DNA of 60,720 nucleotides, filler included, from Asterionella formosa (taxonomy: Eukaryota), in the NCBI GenBank assembly GCA_002256025.1. It is 5 parts of 5 records of this genome, joined end to end, with 100 filler letters (N's around TTAATTAATTAA, not from the genome) between each part and the next. Parts side by side here need not be neighbours in the genome. Positions count along the whole stretch, not along the records: positions 48,668 to 60,720 come from NKIB01007913.1; 4 more parts are not named here. One strand, given 5' to 3'. Made by a program: the position numbers and the translations under genes. Every line of letters starts with the position of its first letter. The stretch's first letter is position 1. The notes below the pieces were generated by a model that was not told where the DNA came from, ran no database searches, and saw nothing but the letters and a program-made list of their open reading frames with translations. Positions 51,713 to 60,720 of the stretch are shown here, in pieces.

Positions 51713-52118
51713 TACGGTCAACCTGCTCGCACCACCCAGCCTCGAACACATGTATACTCGCAGGCAAGAGACCACCTCGGGCGTGTATTGCCTTCAGCAA
51801 GTCGTTGCGGTCATTTTGTATAATGTCGAGCACCAACAGGGGAGGGTGAACGAATGTGTCTGTTAGGCTGTTGATGTCAACAGGTGTCCGAAGGCTAGAT
51901 GTATCATTGGCTTACCTACTGCCAACAAATAAAGCATAAATGTCAATTTTAGCTCATTATAGCCCATCATATTAAGTTTATTTCTTATATTTCCTATCTT
52001 CACATCGAAATTTGCAATGGGTCTCATATTGCCGATCATAAAAATATATTTTTCGTATTTCATATGTTAGCATTTTGGCAAGACAACAGATGCCAGTTGC
52101 CCCTCGGTTTTCCAGACC

Positions 52119-53808
52119 TGGGATTGCCAAAATCGGCAAGGGGTCAACTAAGTAAGGAAACTATTCTATATATTCTACAGATTTTAATATTTTATATCTA
52201 GAATTCACTTCATTTTTGTTCGTCTACTGAAAAGTGGACTCCGGCAATTCACCTTTCACCATGCCAATCGTCGTCCATCATGACCGGTTTGAAGCGAAAT
52301 CAGTTCCGCGATGACGCCAGTAGCGATTTGTTGTCTAACGGATGCGGTTGATTGTCGGATTGCTTGTCTTCTCGTGGCATTCATGTAGTTGCATCGTCCA
52401 TTTTTCGTCGGACGAACGACGATATCGATACATCTGATGTTGGTGGCAAGTTTTTGCTCCGGTCATGTATGTAATGATGCTTAACGGATATTCTACCGGT
52501 TACCGGCAGTCATCTAGTCTACATACGTACGTGGTACTGAAAACAACCATGCATGGTTTAAGCTATGCTTTAACGCTTACTTTGAACACGTAATAATATT
52601 ATCTCTGTAGACTCGGTATTATTTTTACGAGACCTGAAGTGTTGAAATATATCGTTCACATATTCATTGATTTTACGTACTGTATGCCCGATTTCGTCCT
52701 CACAAATATAGTTCTCACTCAATCTTGCCTGCCTTTGCTCTATTCGGGCTTGCAATAGGCAACGTTCGTCTTTCTTTGATCCCATCGTCTGCTGCTTGTT
52801 ATGCTAGTTGAAGCGGATCGGTAAGTACAACAGTGAAACACTGAATGTGGATTGTAGATCGTATTTACCATATCGACTTTCCGATTTGATTGCTTCCGTG
52901 GTTTGTTTTGATCGCTTCCATCGTTGTTTGTCGTTACGCACTGTCGTTTTGTTTCGATTGTACATATCTACATAAGAACCAATGCATTTATCAATGACTA
53001 CTCATTGAAGACGTGGTATTGTGCCGTTGTTGATTTGTATACTAGCTAGTCATTGACAATGATGTCAATATTGCCGCCAAGCAATGCTTTTCTTGTACTA
53101 ACGCGCTTTGCTACATTTCTACTGCAAGTTCGTATCAGAAGCTACATGAATACTCAGCTAGAGAGAGTCAATATTGCTGGAGCAGCGTGGCGATCACGCT
53201 TGCTCAGAATGGAATGATCAGGGTTGCCTGTTAAGTGGGAGGAATGACTGTGGCGGAAATACTGCTACTGGTGTCAGGCTACTACAGCGATGCGCATGGT
53301 TGCAGCAACCAGACCATTGACGCTAAATAACGATGCAGGTCTACATTGGGTTGAGCTTTTCTTCTTCTTCTTCCAGTCTTCGATTGTATGGCAATGGAAA
53401 GTCAATGTTGCCTGTGTAAGTACTACAATGATTCACAATGCATAGTAGCTACGTCTCCATTGGAACTCTTTTTTTTCATTTCTAGCCCAAAACAATTTTT
53501 TCTATTTCTCATTTGATGCTACTTATTACATCGCATTTCATACTTTGGTTGCTCCAAACATTATGTTCAATTTTCATTGATGTTGCATGTTACAATCATT
53601 CTCGTGTGTTTTACACTTGTTGTACCATCTCTATGCATATTACCGATATTCTGGTTGTCATGCTAAAATCGGCAATTTTATTGCCGAAAAATTCGATGTG
53701 CCCCATATTGCCCTTAAATAAAAATTACTTAAGAAATTACTTAGAGCCTAAAAATTACTTAGAAGTACCCGAATGGCAAGACGATAGCTGCTGGAGCGGG
53801 AATTGCTA
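52119..53808 (+). repeat. Repeat family C, copy 3 (~1.69-kb unit)
   Basis: Colinear with 3650-4775 over its 3' portion and inverted relative to 50420-51712. Confidence 0.9.
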
Positions 53809-54619
53809 AAGTAATACAGCAAAGAATCACGAAATTCTGTAATAAAATATACCTACGGCTACTTCCGGGTACCGACAGCTAAATTTATGCAAAAACAACC
53901 GGTTCACCATGACGAAAGGATCAACGAGAGCAGCCAACCGAGCGGCACAAGAAAGAATCAGCAATGTGGGACAGATCAACTCAACGGTCTTAAAGTCTGA
54001 CAGAAAGTGGATGCAGAAAGAGGAGAAGTAGGAGAAGCAGGCAAACCTTCACACTGGAGTGTGCGATAATATGTATCTCAATGTATGAGAACAGACTATA
54101 GTCTAAGGATAATCTAAACGACGTACTTCGAAAGTAAGTTCTAGAAATTGTGAGATTAGACTAGCTAAAGATTGACTGATAGAAAGTCAAAGAATAATTG
54201 CAACTGATGGCAGTTGGCAACAATGAACAATTTGAAAATAAGTTGAAATACAACCATGGAAGGTCTGATGGAAAATGACGTCAGAAAAGCATCACAAGAT
54301 ATAAATATCTTGTAGAGTGATGAACAGCAACTACTAGCTCAACGATGTCGATTTAGCATTCAACAAGAAGTCCACAATGATGAGCGATTTCATGGACAGT
54401 GTAGCAAAGAAACTCGAAAAGAAACGGATTGATATGAAAGCAAGACGAGAAAAGAAGAGAAAGAAGCAAAAGATAGCGACATTTTTTCACAAAATGAGCA
54501 CTATTACAGAGCAAGATGTGATGGCAACAACAACGACGAGATCGCTTAAATGAAAAACAGAGACGAAGGCAGGACTATGAGCCAAAACATATCAGCATCC
54601 ACTATTCAATGGAACAAAG

Positions 54620-56710
54620 TTATGTAAGCATACAGGGTGATGATGCGACCCGCTATGAAGTACCTTCTGTGTGGGTCAACCCTCAATCAAGACGAGTGCG
54701 TCACAATAGTTCGGTCCTACTTCCCCACAATATTGTCACGAATGGGATTCAATTCAAACACAAAAAGGGTATTATTTTTCGGCCTCCCTTCCTTAGGTGC
54801 ATATGGATTCACAGATACTTACACTGATCACTAGGGCATTACGCAACTACAAATGTTGCTTAGTAACATGTGTCACCAAGATGAGATAGCGAAATTGATT
54901 ATGATTTGGCTGGAGAATCTAATCTTAATAATTGGGACAAGAACCCTACCCTTTAGTCAGTCTCCAATGGCATCATACCTGGTGGTGCGCCTGAGACACG
55001 CCAGATATGTCGAGTATGTTGCGATTTTTGGCTGTGATAGTTACCATGGGAAGAAGAAATTTGGGCCTTTGTAATGATACCTTGTATGAAATCTCGAAAG
55101 TACGTGTTGTATATGCCTGTGGATGGACTTTGAAAATCCCACTACTTGTACATTCAATCAAGCAACTGTGTCTTATGTCTACAAAGTATGTCCATTGCTG
55201 GTGGAAAGGTAGAGCAATCCATGGTCCCAGAGGGGTCCTCAATATACTGGTGGATGGTGAACACTAGGTAAGGAAGAGAGCTTTTCGCCATACACGCCAT
55301 GCTATGATGGGCGAGGGTCGCAGTTGCTGTGGCCACTGATAAGTTCTTTTTCTATCTTGGTGGCGATGTCCCTTCAGAATGTTCTGGGTGATAAATTTGC
55401 TGGTTCCATCTGCCAGATCCGCTACCATGAGCACTCGCATGAACATACGGCATGCATTTAGTCTTTTGAGTTCCTTTGGAGAGAATTTCCATGAGCTATG
55501 CATGAGTCCACAGGTCCATAAGCATTGGATGCGCTTGCTGCAAATGCACGGACATGCACCAAATGTTATTACAAAAAAGAGCACATATCAACTCCCGCTG
55601 GGTCATCAGGCGACACTACAGATTGGTTCCACATGGGTTACAAGCCACTTTCCAACAGCAATCAAAGAGGCAGAGTATAGACCAGCAATGGTGGAATACA
55701 TCATGGCAAGGGCATGGTGGGAAGTCAAAGATGTCTGTAATATGGTAGATTGGGAAGTACAACCCTGAGCAGGCTCAAAAATCAAAGGAGAACAACATAC
55801 TACTATCTTTAAACTCGAATTTGACTTTTTTCTGATGGTGAAGAAGAGAAGAAAATATGAAAAATTCAGTGATGCCTGGCGGTGTCCCCAGTGTAGGAAA
55901 TTTAATGAAGATTTTGATCATATCCTCAGATGCCCTCACACAATCCAGGCATGAGCCCAGACCTGGATGCATATGATGGAGCCTTTCAATGATCATTAAA
56001 CATGCCCACACGTCTTCAGTACTTTCGAGAAAGGGACGCTACAACAATGGATTGCTAACTGTCCAGTCTGTTGGGAAGGTAAAACACCACAGCAGGGCGA
56101 TAAAATTGGACAAGCAACACTAAAGCATTTTTAAACCAACAGGACATCGGTTGGAACCAGGCGGTGCAGGGAAGGATCAGCAGACAATGGGGAATCTCAA
56201 ATGCCCTTTAGTACTGTAGAGAAAGAAAGATACATCATGACAATGCAAGAGACAAACAATGGACTACCCAACTGGTGTCATCACTGTGGCAGTATCAATT
56301 GCATGCTAGAGGTCTAGGAATCAATTATTTTACAGAGAAAACGACAGAAAACAGGCGGTCATTATGGAGACCGAAGTGAACACCACCCTGGTCAAGCATC
56401 TGTATGCGATGAAATAGATGATCAAACCATGCAATTCATTTTTGTTTATCCTACCCAAAAAGGTTCGCTGACAACATCACACAGTAGGACAAAATCTTTT
56501 ATGGATTAAAACAGTCAACATCTTCATTCAGGCATGGCATTGGTGAAATTACCCTGGGAGGCGTAGCTTGGCTCTGCCTAGCACATGCATCAGATTGAAA
56601 GACTTGAGGGCCATTGGCCTCAGGTGCGGTTCAGAACCGGGCAGGACTAAATTCTCATCTTGTGTCTCACAGGCCCAAGTGCGATTAGATGTTAAGATTT
56701 AACATACTAT
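54620..56710 (+). mobile_element. Degenerate 5'-truncated non-LTR retrotransposon (diatom LINE) with an internal inversion
   Basis: Plus strand: GFNSNTKRVLFFGLPSLGAYG (post-RT). Minus strand ~54990-55520: LKRLNACRMFMRVLMVADL..YQWPQQLRP..AWRVWRKAL. Plus strand again: MVDWE, zinc knuckle CPQC..NEDFDHILRCP (~55883-55935), QQDIGWNQAVQGRISRQW (~56135-56190). Confidence 0.75.
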
Positions 56711-57719
56711 AAAATTTCATTCAAATATATATGTATATTACAGCAGAGCAAGTTGATGAACAAGAATGCAAGAACAATGAAGAGCCACCAGATGACAAAA
56801 TGGAAGACGGAGAGAGCAACATGGAAGAAGAAGTAGTGGTAGGAGAGATGACCAAAGTTGGACTTACACAAGAGAAAGAGGTACACAAGACTGGAGTAGA
56901 TGACAAGAGCAAGCATTCAAAGAATTCTCCCCAACAGCAAGAGCATCAAAACAAGCAACCATCAATGATGAGGCGAAAGTTACAGAAGTAAAAAAAGGCA
57001 TTTCCACCACTTCCAACAAAGAAATGTCAAATCAAGCAACCTAACTCCAACATCCGCATTCCACAGAGAAGGACAAACACCTATGGTGGGACGGAAAACA
57101 AAAGTATGCAGAATTGTTCCCCAGAATGACAACGTTGAGGAGCAAACAAAGATATTCGATCTGAATTTAGCAAAAATGATGGAAGCAATGAAAGCCTCAA
57201 AACATTCCAGGCAGTATTTAGAGGCAGAGCTGTCAAATACAGCGGAACTGGACAAAACCTCTGATGAAGAAGCAAATAGTGGCAGCAACCCAAAGATTTA
57301 CACATCAAGAGCGGCGCCCCAAGAAGATATAGAGGCGATAGCGACCATGGAAATAATTGATCAAGCTATTACTGTAATTGGTAGGTCAAACCAAATTTTT
57401 AAAAATTCTCTATTATTTAACAATATCAGATAAATACTAATCCATTGATATTTTCAAAATGACTCTTTTGTTTACAAGTTCTGATCCAGTTGGTGACTAC
57501 ATATGACTAGAAACTTGATGGCAACGACTAGAACTTGCTAACTATGACTAGAAATCGTAGAATATGAATGGGATTTGCTGACTACAACTAGAAGTTACAG
57601 AGCAATTTGTGAACTCTATAACAAAACTGTCTTCCAGCTTTTGAATACTATTTCCAGTAGAAGTAGGTGAACATGATTTCAACAATCAGAACATAACTTG
57701 GATTTAATGAATAATAATT

Positions 57720-57860
57720 AAGCAGCATAGAAAGTTTCTAATGAGAGTTTGGAATGGAAAGCCAGCCGAAGCCTTCCGATATGCATGGGACAAATCATTG
57801 GGCTTTGAGTCGAAACTGAAAAGTGCGCATAAAACGTGCACTCCCGGGGCCTTCCTGGTA
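57720..57860 (+). repeat. Repeat end homologous to the joined flanks 13160-13209 + 14785-14874 (empty-site paralog)
   Basis: cagcatagaaag.ttct.a.gagagtttggaatggaaa.cca.cc...ccttccg...catgggac.aat.attggg...agtcgaaactgaaaa.tgcgcat.aaacg.gcact...gggccttcctggta. Confidence 0.85.
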
Positions 57861-58071
57861 ACAGGTACCAGTACCAGGTACCTGGTATTGGTACCCCGCC
57901 AATCCTGCAGCCAAGCAACAATCAAAGAAATCACCACATGCTGCATAGCGCTTTATCTCTGAAGTTTTCATTGTCACCACTTTCATCCCCGTCTCCATTT
58001 TAATATCACCTTGAGTCCATTCGCTTCTCACTCTGTGCATTAATCTTGCATCCAGGAGGATTATTTGATTC

Positions 58072-58395
58072 ATGACGATGCAACGCCTTGGCAGAGCAAT
58101 GCAATCAAGTACTACCAAGCGCTTCATTTCCGCCACCAAGGTCTGTCCGGTCATGAAGCCCGGAACTGTCATCACTGGATTGCAGTTGAAAGAGGGACAA
58201 GAGCCCATTGTCGTCTTGAAGCGAGAAGAATATCCCGAATGGATAAACACTTTGGCAACACCAAAGGCTTCCATTGCCAGGCTTCGACAAATGGAGTATA
58301 ACGATGACACGCCTGACGTGGATCTCAAGCGGTACCTACGATTGACGAGACGAGCACTAATTAAGGAGAACAATTTAGAATCCACCGCAGATTAG
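58072..58395 (+). CDS. MRPL54: Mitochondrial ribosomal protein mL54 (L37 family)
   Basis: Basic presequence; GTVITGLQLKEGQEPIV..REEYPEWINTL; RYLRLTRRALIKENN. Confidence 0.85.
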   Translation: MTMQRLGRAMQSSTTKRFISATKVCPVMKPGTVITGLQLKEGQEPIVVLKREEYPEWINTLATPKASIARLRQMEYNDDTPDVDLKRYLRLTRRALIKENNLESTAD

Positions 58396-60582
58396 CAGGT
58401 GGAATATCTATCGGCAATGATGAGGCAACCAGGAGTATTTGGCAATCTTGGTTTACGTCCTTTGAAATTTGGTTTATTCTCCAATGCCCTTCGCTTGTGG
58501 ACTAACCATGTCTTGCCAGTGCTCAGGCCAGAAACTAAAACAAGTTTAATGTAATTCAGAAAAACAACAGAGATCTAGATAACCCGTGAAATTGTTAAGG
58601 AAAATTCACCAGTATTAGCAATCGATCTCAACGCTAGATTTCGTTGCCATTTATAAAACAAGACTCAAAATCAGGGAAATTGTGCGTGTACATCAACAGT
58701 AGATGAGAACATACCAATGAACTCAAGTAGGGTCCAACCCATCTACCGGTACAGGGAGATGTTGTTGAAGAAAGATTGAAATGGTGGTGTGCATCTCAAT
58801 AAAATATGTCCCATTTCAGGATGACCGTCAAATGATTAAAAATTTGTCGAAATTTTTTTTCGATTTTGTCAACTATCAATTTATCGCGGGTCGCCGAATC
58901 TTTTGCAACAGAAACGTTTTTGGTGGTTGCAAACGTGTTTATAGAAAGTAGAGCATTATTCGATCTGATCGGCCAACATGACGTACCTGGTACCCTTTCG
59001 GTGAAGATTCTCGCTCCGCCGAAACATTGACATTACCGTGAGTGACTTGGTTCCTTTCTTGACAACTATCCTGACTGACCAAGACAAAGATTAAGAGTCT
59101 ATGTGAAGAGAAAGGTCCGTCATTTTCTTGCCCATTATGATGATAATTGAGTTATGGCCAAATCAGATGAAACACATGTGTAACATATTCCTGCATTTCA
59201 CCGTACCAATACATCTGTATTGGCGGCTCATATTGTACTTATTAAAAGGTAGTACAATCATTACTTCCGATTGCTCGTATTTCCTTTGTACTCTGCAATT
59301 GTAAGCTCTGTAAGGTAATGGATTGTGAGATCGCTGTCAAATCGGATTTGTTGACAAAGTTTGCCGATGAACATGATCTTAACATATTATTATGCACTGA
59401 TTTGAGAAATATATTTTTCCACAAACGACACATGTACAGTACATAGTTAATTGTAGACCTAATAATACCGGTACATAGATACCGATCGGGTACCTGGTAC
59501 CAATGCCAAATATGTGCAATAACAAACTAAAATATTTGGCCAGCACAGGTCATTTTGTCGACCATGGCTGGCTGCAGTGTCTTTTTTGCTCATGAGGTTG
59601 CTGCTCGCGGAGGCACTTCTTGTACATACCCTGGGAGTAGACTTACCTGGATGTCGATTTCCATGTTCGTGTCACGACTGGTGCAGTACGTTGACGAGCG
59701 GGTACGACTTCTAAACATTTTTACAAACGTAGCGGTGCATAAATTGGAAAGTCGGGGAAGCCGACCATTTTAATGCATGGTATCACACATAATGTTAATA
59801 TGATCATTGACGGATGTTTGCTTGTGAAATAACAAAGATAACTTACCAAACCTTTGTTAATCCGTACAAAGCTCAATAATACAATCACAACGACAATTTG
59901 ACGATTCCGGTATTCGTATACCCGTATGTAGGTTTACTTACGGCAAGATGAGAGTACCTGTTACCGGTAGACTACCGGTAGTACAAAATACATTCTATTC
60001 AGGACTCAACATGCATACAAAGTCAACCAATAGCTAAATATGAATACCCGGTGTGTTTGTGTAATATTACTTTATACCAGTTGCAAGCTATTGCCAGGTT
60101 TTCAGGATGATTTGGGTCACAGACGCGACAAATATAAATTGAGCCATACGTCGTTCTAATTCGGCGGTCATATTTCCTTTATGTGTGATGGCTTGTGTTC
60201 AAGATATATCGAGGATAGAAAGATATTCATGTGGAATGGTGTGACATCACGGCTATGGACACTACGATCCACATGTATTGATACACAAAGTTTCAAATTT
60301 GATTTTGTCGTCCATGTCTATTATTAGGATACTCCTAGTCTTGTTTCGAAAAAGATAAGTGACATTCCAAAATCAATCTTCATTCTGTTCAGAAACGTTT
60401 TTGCTCAATAGAACTCATAATTTCTTTTTGTAATCTGATCTATTGACCGCCTAATCAATTCTCCCGTCAATTCATTTCCGAAAGATTTCTCGGTCTCCCA
60501 CTTATACATTCATAAATATTGCTCGCATTCTGATTTAAGCATCTCCTGACGACAAAAGCGAATCGACACGACAAAAAGAAAA

Positions 60583-60720
60583 ATGAAGACGTGTCCATCC
60601 CTTTTACTGTTGGCTTTGATGGCCCTTGGCGTTGCTTCAAGCGATGTTAGTAACAACAATTACACCCATAGTCACTCGGGGCGCTGCATCACTGACTCTC
60701 CTGCTCCTGAAGAAACCGCT
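60583..60720 (+). CDS. 5' end of a secreted protein, truncated by the contig end
   Basis: MKTCPSLLLLALMALGVASS signal-peptide-like start; frame stays open to the last base. Confidence 0.5.
   Translation, partial: MKTCPSLLLLALMALGVASSDVSNNNYTHSHSGRCITDSPAPEETA

Noticed and set aside
56731..57433. Acidic/lysine-rich ORFs as a host gene
   Set aside because: Low complexity, broken by stops and frameshifts, embedded in repeat debris.

Overview
Eukaryotic nuclear DNA from a photosynthetic stramenopile, most likely a diatom: aureochrome 1a, a DUF1995 protein with a bipartite plastid presequence, short GT-AG introns, and diatom-type Copia/Gypsy/LINE elements. The window is not one locus. It is five contigs of decreasing length (12074, 12068, 12064, 12061, 12053 bp) joined by identical 100-bp N44-TTAATTAATTAA-N44 spacers, so nothing is linked across the gaps. 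About ten host genes are supported: a spliced 88-aa mitochondrial-type membrane protein absent from the ORF track, a SAM methyltransferase, a mitochondrial-carrier-family protein with a signal-peptide-like N-terminus, an SGNH-like protein, DUF1995, a patatin, CLP1, AUREO1a, mL54 and a truncated secreted protein. The rest is mostly decayed transposons (Tc1/IS630-like, pogo, Harbinger, hAT-like, Gypsy, Copia, LINE), MITEs and tandem repeats. The most unusual signals are: (1) a dispersed vocabulary of TA-delimited palindromic words (TA-CCAGG-TA-CCTGG-TA, TA-CCGG-TA) chained into arrays that cluster upstream of genes; (2) a 352-bp tRNA-headed, highly structured element flanked by an 8-bp direct repeat; (3) a ~1.7-kb repeat present in permuted form and as a large inverted repeat with an 84-bp perfect core; (4) telomeric TTAGGG repeats inside a Copia ORF. 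All family assignments come from motif recognition by eye, not from database searches.
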